A stretch of 64,000 nucleotides of DNA from an uncultured Planctomycetaceae bacterium (lineage in GTDB: Bacteria; Planctomycetota; Phycisphaerae; SM23-33): positions 10,887-74,886 of the forward strand of contig CAZSLS010000003.1 in NCBI GenBank assembly GCA_964607575.1, written 5' to 3'. The notes beneath the pieces are model-generated. The model made no database searches. It worked only from the letters and a program-made list of their open reading frames with translations, and had not been told where the DNA came from. Made by a program: the position numbers and the translations under genes. Shown one piece after another: positions 53,647 through 63,483 of the stretch; the stretch's first letter is position 1, and every line of letters begins with the position of its first letter.

Positions 53647-56600
53647 TCAGGCTTTCTTTTTCTTGGTCACAGTTATCGTTTGGGTCGCATGCCTCTGACC
53701 CCAAGCATACAGCAGCGTGCTGGCGACGGCTATTGACGAGTACGTACCGAACACTACACCCACCATCAGCGCGAAACTGAAGGGGTGGATGGCGTCGCCG
53801 CCGAAACCGTACATTATCGCCACCACTATAAACGTGGTAACTGAAGTAATTATTGTCCGTGGGATCACTTCGTTGATCGGCCCGTTGAACGAAACTGCCC
53901 TTATTCCGCTCAGATCCAGCCTGCCGGGTGTGAGACGACGGCGACGGATCTGGGCGAACACGACGATCGTGTCGTTAATTGAATAACCGATGACCGTCAG
54001 GAACGCCGCGACCACGGCGAGGTCTATCTTGAACGAAGCGGTACCCAGCGCGCCTCCCAGTGCGGTATCGAGCCAGACTGCAGCGGCCATGAATCCGGCC
54101 ACGATTACCACGTCGTGGATCAGGCAGATCACGGCCGCTACGCCCCAATCCATTCCCCCGAATCGGTACCCAATATACGCTACGGTACACAGACAGGAGG
54201 CAACGAAGGCGAAAATTGCCAACTGTGCTGCTCCGGATGCAATGGCCGCATCGAAGTTGATAGCCACAATCGCCTCGTCCCGGTGAAGGGATGCTGTCAG
54301 CAATTCCGAAAGATCCGCAGCCACCGCTTCGGTACTCTGTGAGGTTTGCCCCGGACGGGAGAAGACCGCAAAGTCCGAGTACTCGCCTCCAGCCGTTCCG
54401 GTAAGTGCGACGACCTTGACGCGGTTTTGAATTCTCTCGGCGAAGCCCGGTTGCAATTGCGTATTTTCGATTCGCTCCTGAAGTTCGCGCTTCGTCATTT
54501 TCGGCAAGAGTCTGCGTACTGCTATGACCACGCCGTCGGAGAAATCTTCCAACGTTGAGGCGTGGGCCGTGGCGTTTCTGGGGTGGACTTCGGCATAACC
54601 GTCACTGTTGGCTTCCAGATCCAGTTCAGTGATCACGGCATCCTTGATTACAACGTAACCGTTGGCGTTCTCATCGGATTGAGGCGGATAGCTGATCCGC
54701 CGCTTCAGTGATGTTCCAAACGTCTCGGTGGCGGTTTTGCTGATCAGCGGTACGGACACCTCGGTCGTTGTTATCTGGTATGATGTCTCGGGCAGACCCT
54801 GGAGTTCATCGCCGCTGAGTTCGTTGTCCGAGTTGGTGTCGATAATCTCGAAGAACTTGACATTGGCTCGGGGCAGGGCCTCGAATTCCTTCCGGGTTAT
54901 CTTTCCGTCACCGTCGCTGTCGCGCGGTTTGACGAACCGGTCGACCTTCTTGTAGTCGTACCTCGTTTCGATCTTCGATGTCTCCGCGAGCTTGCCGTAC
55001 TGCTCGCGGTCTTCGCCGGACAGGGTCTCCACGTGCTTCATGAAGCGGCTTCGCACGAGTTCGGCGTAGGGCAGTTCCCCGTCAATCAGCGCGTCGTCTT
55101 TGAACGTGATAACCGCCTGCGTACCGGAGGAGAACTCGATGCCCAGCATCTTCTTGCCCTGCACCCACAGCGAGACAAGGCTTATTACGATCACTATCCC
55201 CGAAAAGCCCCAGAAGTAATGTCTCTTCTCCATCCACTCGATTTTCAGGTCGACTAACCACTGGAGGAGCCTGCTCGCGTACATGTTCAGAGGTTTGGTG
55301 TTGGAGAGGAACCCTCTTTCCAGTAGAAGCAGGAACATCCACCGCGTAACGACCAGTGCGGTGAACATCGAGAATATCACGCCGAATGCCAGGGTGATGG
55401 CAAAACCACGCACCTCTTCACTACCGAACCATCCAAGAATGAAACAGACCATCACCGTGGTGATATTTGCGTCGAAAATTACGGAGTAGTTTCCCCTATA
55501 GGCTGCATTGAGAGCTCCTCGAACCCCCCTGGTAAGCCCCACAGCCCCACGGTCCTTACCGATCTGCTGACGGCGACATTCCTCAAATATGAGAACGTTT
55601 GCGTCTACGGCTATACCGATGGTCAGGATAATACCCGCGATACCTGGGAGCGTGAATACGGCGCCGATGAGGCTCATCACACCCAGTACCAGGACGATGT
55701 TGAGCGTCAGGGCGGTTACCGCAATTACTCCGGGAATGCGGTAGTAGAAGCACATGAAGATGACCACTAAGATCATTCCTATAATTCCCGCACGGAGGCC
55801 CATTGTGCGGTTGGCTTCGCCGAAGGTGGGTCCGAACGAGCTTTCGGCGACCGGTACTTCAATGAGCTTTGCCGGTAGCGACCCTGCCCGCAGGATCTTG
55901 ATCAGACTATCGACCTCCTCGGAGTTGAACGTACCCATCGTGATTATGCCGCTGGAGGAGATGGCGTTCCTGATGACTGGCGCGGAGTAGACTTCGTTGT
56001 CCAGGAGGATCGCCATGTGCTCGCCCTTGTTTCCGAGCGTCAGGGTGTAGAGAAACTTGGCGCCGGCGTCATCCATGCTGAATCCGACGGCGGGCAGGCC
56101 TTTTTCGTCCGAAGCCCAGTAGGCATTGGTCAGAGCCCACCTGTTTTCGTCTCGTCGTTGCAGGAGGGTCCTTCCCTTGAAGTTGCTGAGCAGCAGATAT
56201 TTTTGGCTACCGTAAGTGTAGGTGACCATCGAAGCGTATCCGCTCTTGCGATCGCCGCGTATCGGGAACCACATGTAGCGGTCGGTTCGCCTGGCCAGAC
56301 CCTGGGGACCTTCCTTATCGAGTGTGTCGCGAAGGATCTTGACGTACCTGTCTCTCTCGGAGAGAGGAAGTGCTTCCTGGTTTTCGACTGCATTTCCCGC
56401 CAATACCGGTGCAATGCGGAACTCCAGGGCGCCGGCTTTGGTGATCAGGCGCATCAGGTCGGAGGGGTCTTCGAGTTCCTGGCGCCTGTTGGCCCAGGTC
56501 TTGTAGAGTTCGATGACCTCTTTTATCGCCGCCGTTCTGTTGGTATTGTCCTTGTGTTTTTCGAGAAATGTATCGATGGCGCGATTGTATATATCCTCTC

Positions 56601-57417
56601 TGCCTTCCAAAGCCGCCAGGGCCTTGGGTTTGTTCCTCAACTTTCGCAGGTCCGAGGGCCTGACGTAACCGGACAATATGCTCCTGAGGGCCTGGGTCTG
56701 GATGTTGTGCTTGAGAACATCGGTTTCGGCTACTTCCCAAGCCCCGATATACTGCTGTATTTTCGTTTCGCCGGCTTTACGCTTCTGATCGAGCGTTTTG
56801 TAAGCCGACAGCATCTCACCGAGCAGACCGGCGAGTTTCTTGTCGCTACCGGCGAGTTTCTCTATGGTCGTGCGTCCCTGCTCGAGTCCCCGGAGGTGGC
56901 TTCTTTCGATGATGCGGCTTTCCAGGGCCTGGATTGCCCGGCGAAAGGCGTTTTTGGCTTCCTGGGTCTCCGGGTTGCCCGCGGGCATGCGGACTTCGAA
57001 GCGGTTTGCTCCGACCGGTCGCCATTCGAGCATTCGCAGTCCCAGCGGGTCGACTCGCTCCTTGAGGATTCGGATCATATCTTCGGCCAGCGAGGAGTCG
57101 GTCGCTTCATTCTTCTGGGCCTGTGCGAGATCGCCTTCAAGGCGTTTGGACGTTTCGACGAGAACTTTCTTCTCCTCGTCGTTGGTGGCTTTTGCGATCT
57201 TCGCCTCAAGCTCGATCTGCCTGGTCTTGAGTCGATTGACCTCGTCTGCATTGGTGCGGATCTGGAAAGTCAGGCTGTGTCCACCGCGCAGGTCGATACC
57301 CAGCTTGAGTCCCTTATTGAACAGCAACAATATACAGACGGCTACCACTACCGCCAGGGCGGCAAGCTTGATCGGCAGGTCCTGGCTCTGTTTCATCGAA
57401 CGATTGTTAGTCTTCAT
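53647..57417 (-). CDS. secDF: Fused protein translocase subunit SecDF (1256 aa) with large periplasmic insertions
   Basis: AGGAGAA lies before the ATG. SecD features: GIDLRGGHSLTF and TLPGIAGIILTIGIAVDANVLIFE. SecF features: LGIEFSSGTQ and FLTVIGYSINDTIVVF. Confidence 0.9.
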   Translation of the reverse strand: MKTNNRSMKQSQDLPIKLAALAVVVAVCILLLFNKGLKLGIDLRGGHSLTFQIRTNADEVNRLKTRQIELEAKIAKATNDEEKKVLVETSKRLEGDLAQAQKNEATDSSLAEDMIRILKERVDPLGLRMLEWRPVGANRFEVRMPAGNPETQEAKNAFRRAIQALESRIIERSHLRGLEQGRTTIEKLAGSDKKLAGLLGEMLSAYKTLDQKRKAGETKIQQYIGAWEVAETDVLKHNIQTQALRSILSGYVRPSDLRKLRNKPKALAALEGREDIYNRAIDTFLEKHKDNTNRTAAIKEVIELYKTWANRRQELEDPSDLMRLITKAGALEFRIAPVLAGNAVENQEALPLSERDRYVKILRDTLDKEGPQGLARRTDRYMWFPIRGDRKSGYASMVTYTYGSQKYLLLSNFKGRTLLQRRDENRWALTNAYWASDEKGLPAVGFSMDDAGAKFLYTLTLGNKGEHMAILLDNEVYSAPVIRNAISSSGIITMGTFNSEEVDSLIKILRAGSLPAKLIEVPVAESSFGPTFGEANRTMGLRAGIIGMILVVIFMCFYYRIPGVIAVTALTLNIVLVLGVMSLIGAVFTLPGIAGIILTIGIAVDANVLIFEECRRQQIGKDRGAVGLTRGVRGALNAAYRGNYSVIFDANITTVMVCFILGWFGSEEVRGFAITLAFGVIFSMFTALVVTRWMFLLLLERGFLSNTKPLNMYASRLLQWLVDLKIEWMEKRHYFWGFSGIVIVISLVSLWVQGKKMLGIEFSSGTQAVITFKDDALIDGELPYAELVRSRFMKHVETLSGEDREQYGKLAETSKIETRYDYKKVDRFVKPRDSDGDGKITRKEFEALPRANVKFFEIIDTNSDNELSGDELQGLPETSYQITTTEVSVPLISKTATETFGTSLKRRISYPPQSDENANGYVVIKDAVITELDLEANSDGYAEVHPRNATAHASTLEDFSDGVVIAVRRLLPKMTKRELQERIENTQLQPGFAERIQNRVKVVALTGTAGGEYSDFAVFSRPGQTSQSTEAVAADLSELLTASLHRDEAIVAINFDAAIASGAAQLAIFAFVASCLCTVAYIGYRFGGMDWGVAAVICLIHDVVIVAGFMAAAVWLDTALGGALGTASFKIDLAVVAAFLTVIGYSINDTIVVFAQIRRRRLTPGRLDLSGIRAVSFNGPINEVIPRTIITSVTTFIVVAIMYGFGGDAIHPFSFALMVGVVFGTYSSIAVASTLLYAWGQRHATQTITVTKKKKA
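54805..54921 (-). other. Canonical EF-hand pair encoded inside the SecF periplasmic domain
   Basis: Loops DSDGDGKITRKE (54921-54886) and DTNSDNELSGDE (54840-54805), 15 residues apart. Both fit the 12-residue EF-hand loop pattern DxDxDGxIxxxE / DxNxDxxLxxxE. Confidence 0.7.
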
Positions 57418-57611
57418 TCACGGATTCTCCTGATTGGAACCGCGTATTGTCTGTGAGTCAGTGTTATCGGTCAAGGGAAAGTTCGGTCTTAACTGGGTTT
57501 TTCTGTTGTTTTGGGGCGTTGTGCGGGCGTTTCTGGTTTTCGCCCCCCGTTTGGGCATAGCTATACTACCACCGGTCCGGGTGCTACTTGCACGAATTTA
57601 CGGCAGTCAGG

Positions 57612-59237
57612 CTAGTGATTGAAATGCCTCGTACCGGTGAAGATCATCGCCAGGCCAAGTTCATCGGCGCGCTGGACCACGTCGGTGTCTTTCTTCGATC
57701 CGCCCGGTTCTATAACGGCTGTGGCGCCCGCTTCGACGGCCCAGTCGAGGCTGTCGGGGAACGGGAAGAAGGCATCGGAGGCCAGCACGCAGCCCTTCAT
57801 GTCGACCACGCCTCCTCCTCCGTAGCTCTTTGCGAGCATACCGGCGAGCCTGGCGGAGTTGACGCGGCTCATCTGTCCGGCGCCGGCGCCGAGCAGCGCC
57901 TTGTCCTTCGCCAGGACAATCGCGTTCGATTTAACGTGCTTGCAGACCAACCACGCGAATTTCATGTCGGTCATTTCCTGGTCGGTCGGTTGTCGCCTGG
58001 AAACGATTTTCCAATCCTCTTCGTTGAGGCTCACCAGGTCGCGGTCCTGGATGAGTACGCCGCCGACAACGTATTTCAGGGACTTTTCGCTGTTTCGCCT
58101 CTGGGTGAACTCGCCGACCTCGAGCAGCCTCACCTCGGTTCCCCAACCATCGCGTGCGCGTATTATTTTGACGGCCTCGTCGTCGAATGACGGAGCGATT
58201 ATCATTTCGGCGTAGAATCCGCCGGCGCCGGCGGGCTTGCCCCAGCGTTGGAAGGTTTCGACTACGGCGGTGGCGAACTCGGGGGTTACCGGTCTGTTTA
58301 CCGCGATAATACCTCCCATGCAGGCGTTGACGTCGCCGAAATACGATTTTCGGTATGCTTCCACGAGATCCTCGTCTATGGCGCATCCGGCGGGGTTGGC
58401 GTGTTTGATTATCGCCACTGCCGGTTCGTCGAATTCCTTTACCAGTTCCAGCGCCCCGTTACCGTCGAAGTAGTTGTTGTACGATACTTCTTTTCCGCCG
58501 AGGAGTTTTGCGCGTCCGATACACGGTTCCGACGCGTCGTCGCCGACGTAGAAAGCGCCATTCTGGTGCGGGTTCTCGCCGTATCGCAGTTCGCACGTCT
58601 TGCGATAGGAGAAGCTGATTCGCTCGGGCAATTCGGCGCGTGCCTGTCCGACGAGGTACGAGGAAATCGCCGTGTCGTAGTGGCAGGTCAGCCCGAAGGC
58701 CTGGCGGGCGAGCCTCTGGCGCAGTTCGAAGCCGACCTTGCCCCCGTTGGCGTGCATCTCGTCGAGAATCAGATTGTATTGGCTCGTGTCGGTTACAACC
58801 GAGACGAACTTGTGATTCTTCGCTGCCGCCCGGATTAGAGTCGGTCCGCCGATGTCGATCATTTCGATGGCGGATTCAAGCGTGCAATCGTCGGCGGCGA
58901 CAGCTTGTTCGAACGGATAAAGGCTCACGCAGACCAAGTCGACCGGTTCGAGGTCGTACTTGTCGATGTCCGCCTGGTGGTCCGGATCGTCGCGAAGAGC
59001 AAGGATCGCTCCATGCACTTTGGGATGAAGCGTTACGACGCGGTGACCGAGCATTTCCGGAAAACCGGTCCATTCCTGCACGTAACGGACGTCTATACCG
59101 GCCGCTTCGATGGCCTTGGCGGTACCTCCCGAAGAGATGATCTCGACACCCATTTCGGAAAGAGCTCTGGCAAATTCCTGAATACCGGTCTTGTCGTACA
59201 CGCTGATCAATGCGCGGCGGATTGCGATTTCGTCCAT
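57612..59237 (-). CDS. purH: Bifunctional AICAR transformylase / IMP cyclohydrolase
   Basis: RALISVYDKTG, SSGGTAK, HPKVHGAIL and a C-terminal FTGTRHFNH. Confidence 0.95.
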   Translation of the reverse strand: MDEIAIRRALISVYDKTGIQEFARALSEMGVEIISSGGTAKAIEAAGIDVRYVQEWTGFPEMLGHRVVTLHPKVHGAILALRDDPDHQADIDKYDLEPVDLVCVSLYPFEQAVAADDCTLESAIEMIDIGGPTLIRAAAKNHKFVSVVTDTSQYNLILDEMHANGGKVGFELRQRLARQAFGLTCHYDTAISSYLVGQARAELPERISFSYRKTCELRYGENPHQNGAFYVGDDASEPCIGRAKLLGGKEVSYNNYFDGNGALELVKEFDEPAVAIIKHANPAGCAIDEDLVEAYRKSYFGDVNACMGGIIAVNRPVTPEFATAVVETFQRWGKPAGAGGFYAEMIIAPSFDDEAVKIIRARDGWGTEVRLLEVGEFTQRRNSEKSLKYVVGGVLIQDRDLVSLNEEDWKIVSRRQPTDQEMTDMKFAWLVCKHVKSNAIVLAKDKALLGAGAGQMSRVNSARLAGMLAKSYGGGGVVDMKGCVLASDAFFPFPDSLDWAVEAGATAVIEPGGSKKDTDVVQRADELGLAMIFTGTRHFNH

Positions 59238-59299
59238 TTGGAGCCTTTCCTGGAATCAAACGGTTGTGGGACATTTGGAAACCGACGGGAGTTTCCTAT

Positions 59300-60547
59300 T
59301 CAGTTTTTCTTCCGGAGCATCTCCGCGGTTATGTGTCCCGCGTCGATAGATCGGAGGCAGTACACTTTCCCGCTGCGCGATGCTCCGTATATCCCCGGTG
59401 CGGTCGTGTTGGCGGTCAACAGGTCGCTCGGAGGCATCTGGACCGAGGCGTTGGTCTCTCCCAGAATCTCGTCGACCACCAGGATGCGATTGCGGTTGTC
59501 CTGGAGGTATACGTTGCGATTCATTGCCGCCAGGACCTTGCGGGCGTCCGGTAAGGACCAGCGGAGTTTTCCGGTTACTACTGCCAGAGCGTAAAACTCT
59601 CCCCCTCGGGCATACTGGAACGCGCTGATTTCGCTGGTCTGCGGTACGTCTTTCAGGGGCTTTTTGCAGTCGAAGGGTTCCCATAGTTTTCGGCCCGTGG
59701 TTGGGTCGAAGGCATGCAGGCGTCTGTCCATACCGGGGACCAGGAGTTGATCGCGGGTGGCAAGGACAGGGGCGCCTATCGCCGTACCGATCGCTCTTGT
59801 CCATATCTTCTTGCGAGTTTCGAAAGTGCTGGCGACCTGGACGCGACCTTTATCAGAGACGACGATAACCTTGTCGTCCACGTAGCGCGGTGGAAGGGTG
59901 ATCGCACCCTCGACAGACAGCGTCCAGTTTTCGAGCATCTGGTGCAACAAGATTGCGTGGTACCACCCTCTGGCATCGGGAACGAACAGGAGCCTTCCAT
60001 CGGAGCAGACGCCGGCAGATGCACCCGCCGCGAAATTGTACTGGATATGGCGGATCTCATCCCCGTTGGCCCGATCGATAAGCAGAGCATCGGTGCGCGT
60101 GCTGATTATGACGGCGTTGAAGGCTTTGATCTTCCGGCCGATACGGTCCTTGGGCTGGAGAATCTCTTTCCTGGTCGGAGGGATTCTGGGGATCATGACG
60201 TTCTTGGCGTGAACGGGGTCGTAGACTTTCACGCCCGGTTTGGCCACGTGAACCCACTTGGTCCAACGCAGGATACCGCGAGCGGCATCAATTGCTATCA
60301 GGCGATTCCGGGTGGTCAGACAGTAGAAGTTCTCGTCGATCAGATACGTTCGGTCGATCTTCTCACCGACAGAGAGCAACCCGGGCAGTTCATCGCACTT
60401 CCAGTAGTACTGGAGGCCCGCGTCTTGCAGGGTCTTGACGTGCCTGGCGGCGCGTTGGGCCGCGGTTATCGGTGCCGGTCCCGATGCACAGCCGGCGAGG
60501 ATGCCCGAAACGATCGAAAGGACTAGTAGTTTCATCAAACAACGCAT
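59300..60547 (-). CDS. PQQ-like/BamB-type beta-propeller lipoprotein
   Basis: Lipobox ILAGC. Repeated blade-like segments: RLIAIDAARGILRW, LHAFDPTTGRKLW, EFYALAVVTGKLRW. Confidence 0.6.
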   Translation of the reverse strand: MRCLMKLLVLSIVSGILAGCASGPAPITAAQRAARHVKTLQDAGLQYYWKCDELPGLLSVGEKIDRTYLIDENFYCLTTRNRLIAIDAARGILRWTKWVHVAKPGVKVYDPVHAKNVMIPRIPPTRKEILQPKDRIGRKIKAFNAVIISTRTDALLIDRANGDEIRHIQYNFAAGASAGVCSDGRLLFVPDARGWYHAILLHQMLENWTLSVEGAITLPPRYVDDKVIVVSDKGRVQVASTFETRKKIWTRAIGTAIGAPVLATRDQLLVPGMDRRLHAFDPTTGRKLWEPFDCKKPLKDVPQTSEISAFQYARGGEFYALAVVTGKLRWSLPDARKVLAAMNRNVYLQDNRNRILVVDEILGETNASVQMPPSDLLTANTTAPGIYGASRSGKVYCLRSIDAGHITAEMLRKKN

Positions 60548-60593
60548 GAACTGCTCCTCAAAATCACGGTTGCGGCGTCAATACCGCAGGTTG

Positions 60594-60893
60594 CTATGGT
60601 TTCAACTCGATGTGATCGCCCAGGTCCACGTTATTGTCCTGTTCGAACTTGTCGAGCCTTTCTATGCGGTCAATATCGTCGGTAATTCGGTTGGCAAGTT
60701 TGAAGATGTACGGTTTGTTATTCAGCCTCGCCTGCAGGTCTGCAAGCATTTCATCCCAACTGCCTTCGTACAATTCCTTTTTCAGCACGACCAGCATGCG
60801 CTCTTCGCCGGTCATACCGGACACAAACGCCTGCACCTCGCTCAGCTTTCGGTCGGGGGTCTGTGTCACTGTCAGTGCCTCAGCCTTGCCCAT
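60594..60893 (-). CDS. Small soluble protein of unknown function
   Basis: 99 aa, charged and helical-looking (LKKELYEGSWDEMLADLQARL). Sits between proC and the propeller gene on the same strand. Confidence 0.5.
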   Translation of the reverse strand: MGKAEALTVTQTPDRKLSEVQAFVSGMTGEERMLVVLKKELYEGSWDEMLADLQARLNNKPYIFKLANRITDDIDRIERLDKFEQDNNVDLGDHIELKP

Positions 60894-60980
60894 GCTAACC
60901 GCCAGCGGATTTTACTGGTTTCGACGGTCACTACTCTAGGCTTCATCGTGGGTTTTTGCAATGGTATTGTTGCGCGCATC

Positions 60981-61790
60981 CTACTTGCCCAGTTCGCGGC
61001 TGCGCTCCGCCGCGGCGCATACCGCCCTGGTGAGAACATCCTGCACGCCGGATGCCTGCATGATGTTGAGCGCCGCTTCGGTCGTTCCGCCGGGCGTTGT
61101 GACCTGTTGTCGCAGCGTGGCGGGTGGTTTTTGTGTATGGTGCAACAACTGTCCGGCGCCTATGCAGGTCTCCACGGCCAGAAGTTCCGCGACGTCATGG
61201 TCGAGTCCCTCGGCGACTCCCGCGGCGGTCATTGCTTCGATAAGGTAGAAGAAATACGCCGGTCCCGAGCCCGAGACGGCGGTTACCGCATCCAGCATGC
61301 TCTCCTCGACGACCACGGTCCGCCCGCTGGCGGCGAGTATCTTCTGCGTCCACTGGACGTCCTCGGAGGTCGCTCGCGGTCCGGCGGAGAGCGCCGATAC
61401 GCCCCATCCGACGAACATGGGCGTGTTGGGCATGACCCGCACGATTCGCCCGCGCCCGCCAAGAATCTTGTCCATGAACTCAGTGGTGACGCCCGCGGCG
61501 ATGGAAATGATCGTCGCGTCGTCATGGATGACCGGGGCAATCTGCTCGAGGGCCTCCTTCATGACCTGCGGTTTGACTGCAAGCAACACGTGCGGGCATG
61601 CGCCCGGAACGGTGTTGTCCTGCGCGCACATGATGCTGAACTCCATCGCGAGGATCTGCTGGCGTTTGGCCACCGGATCGTAGGCGACGATTTCATTGTG
61701 CTTCAGGCAGTCCTCGCGCAGGATACCGCGAAGGATCGCTTCGGCCATGTTACCGGCCCCGATGACACCAAGTTGATATTCGATCATCAT
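60981..61790 (-). CDS. proC: Pyrroline-5-carboxylate reductase
   Basis: Start chosen at MMIEYQLGVIGAGNMAEAI. Contains AVSGSGPAYFFY and VTTPGGTTEAAL. Confidence 0.9.
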   Translation of the reverse strand: MMIEYQLGVIGAGNMAEAILRGILREDCLKHNEIVAYDPVAKRQQILAMEFSIMCAQDNTVPGACPHVLLAVKPQVMKEALEQIAPVIHDDATIISIAAGVTTEFMDKILGGRGRIVRVMPNTPMFVGWGVSALSAGPRATSEDVQWTQKILAASGRTVVVEESMLDAVTAVSGSGPAYFFYLIEAMTAAGVAEGLDHDVAELLAVETCIGAGQLLHHTQKPPATLRQQVTTPGGTTEAALNIMQASGVQDVLTRAVCAAAERSRELGK

Positions 61791-61815
61791 TTGTCTGCTT
61801 TCTGGCTGATATTTA

Positions 61816-63447
61816 TCAGGCTTCTTCCATGAAAGTGTAGCGGTAATCGGTCGGCGGTACAAAAGTCTCTTTGATAGTCCGCGGCGAGAGCCAGCGGAGC
61901 AGGTTGAGCATGCTTCCGGCTTTGTCGTTTGTGCCCGATGCCCGCCCCCCGCCAAACGGTTGTTGACCGACGACCGCACCGGTAGGCTTGTCGTTGATGT
62001 AAAAGTTACCCGCGGCATGGGTTAGGGCCTTGGTGGCGCGGACGATTGCAGCGCGATCTCGCGCGAAAATCGCACCGGTCAGGGCGTACGGCGAGGTCCT
62101 GTCGCACAACTCCAGCGTCGCGGTGTATTCAGCGGCGGGGTATACGTAGATCGTAAGCACCGGACCGAATATCTCCTCGACCATCGTCTTGAAGTCGGGC
62201 GTAGAGGCCAGGATCACCGTTGGCTCGATGAAGTAGCCCGTCGAATCGTCGCACTGCCCGCCGACCAGGATCTCGGCGTCACCGCTCGTGCGGGCGTATT
62301 CGATATACTCGCGGATGCTCTCGAACGCCGGGCGGTCTATCACCGCGTTAACGAAGTTCGTGAAGTCCTCGGGCGTTCCGGTCTTCAACTCGCCGATCTG
62401 CTCGAGCATCGGTCCGCGGACATCGTCCCAGAGCGTGTCGGGGATGTATGCCCTCGAAGCGGCGGAGCATTTCTGCCCCTGGTACTCGAACGCGCCGCGA
62501 ACCAGCGCGGTGGCCACTTGCCGCGGATCGGCCGATGCGTGGGCGAACACAAAATCCTTCCCTCCGGTCTCGCCGACGATTCTCGGATAGGCGCGGTACG
62601 TTTCGATATTCTGCCCGACTGTCTTCCACATCGACTGGAACACGCCGGTCGAACCGGTGAAGTGAATTCCCGCCAGATGTTCGCTCGCCAGCGCCGGGTC
62701 GCCCACCGCGGCGCCCGGACCGGGGAGGAAGTTGATCACGCCGGGCGGCAGGCCCGCTTCGCCCAGCAATTCCATGAGGAAGTGGGCCGAATAGACCGCC
62801 GAGGACGCCGGTTTCCACAGTACGACATTGCCCAGCATCGCCGGCGCGGTCGGGAGGTTGCCTGCGATTGACGTGAAATTGAACGGAGTGACCGCCAGCA
62901 CGAACCCCTCGAGCGGGCGGTATTCGCTGCGGTTCCAGATGCCCGGCGCCGAATCGGGCTGATTGGCGAAAACCCGCGTCGCGAAGTAGCAGTTGTAGCG
63001 GAAGAAGTCGATCAGTTCGCAGGCTGAGTCGATCTCGGCCTGGAATGCGTTTTTGCTTTGCGAGAGCATGGTCGAGGCGTTCACCAGGTCGCGGTACGGT
63101 CCGGCGAGCAGGTCGGCGGCTTTCAGGAATATTGCCAATCGGTCCTGCCAATCCATCGCCGCCCACTCTTTGCGCGCATCGAGCGCCGCTTCGATGGCCA
63201 TGTCGACCTCGGTGGTCCCGGCCTTGTGGTATTCGCCCAGCACGTGCTGGTGGTCGTGCGGACAGACGCACTGTGCGGTCTGCCCGGTGCGGATTTCCCC
63301 GCCGCCGATAACGAGGGGGATGTCGACCTGGGCGGTCTTCAACTCGGCGATTTTCGCTTTGAGATTCTGTTTTTCGACGCTTCCCGGTCCGTAGGCATGA
63401 ACCGGTTCGTTCCGGGGTTTGTCGATCTTGAAGAATGCGTTTGGCAT
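61816..63447 (-). CDS. pruA: L-glutamate gamma-semialdehyde (1-pyrroline-5-carboxylate) dehydrogenase
   Basis: Aldehyde dehydrogenase motifs FTGSTGVF, VGETGGKD and EYQGQKCSAASR. The N-terminus and the 543-aa size fit the PruA/ALDH4 type. Confidence 0.9.
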   Translation of the reverse strand: MPNAFFKIDKPRNEPVHAYGPGSVEKQNLKAKIAELKTAQVDIPLVIGGGEIRTGQTAQCVCPHDHQHVLGEYHKAGTTEVDMAIEAALDARKEWAAMDWQDRLAIFLKAADLLAGPYRDLVNASTMLSQSKNAFQAEIDSACELIDFFRYNCYFATRVFANQPDSAPGIWNRSEYRPLEGFVLAVTPFNFTSIAGNLPTAPAMLGNVVLWKPASSAVYSAHFLMELLGEAGLPPGVINFLPGPGAAVGDPALASEHLAGIHFTGSTGVFQSMWKTVGQNIETYRAYPRIVGETGGKDFVFAHASADPRQVATALVRGAFEYQGQKCSAASRAYIPDTLWDDVRGPMLEQIGELKTGTPEDFTNFVNAVIDRPAFESIREYIEYARTSGDAEILVGGQCDDSTGYFIEPTVILASTPDFKTMVEEIFGPVLTIYVYPAAEYTATLELCDRTSPYALTGAIFARDRAAIVRATKALTHAAGNFYINDKPTGAVVGQQPFGGGRASGTNDKAGSMLNLLRWLSPRTIKETFVPPTDYRYTFMEEA

Positions 63448-63483
63448 GGCGTTACTTTCTGTGTTGGTGTTATCGGATGAGGG

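Noticed and set aside
56017-57456. 479-aa plus-strand ORF inside secDF, and the 465-aa ORF at 60435-61832
   Set aside because: They are antisense to secDF and to proC and its neighbours, whose identities are unambiguous.
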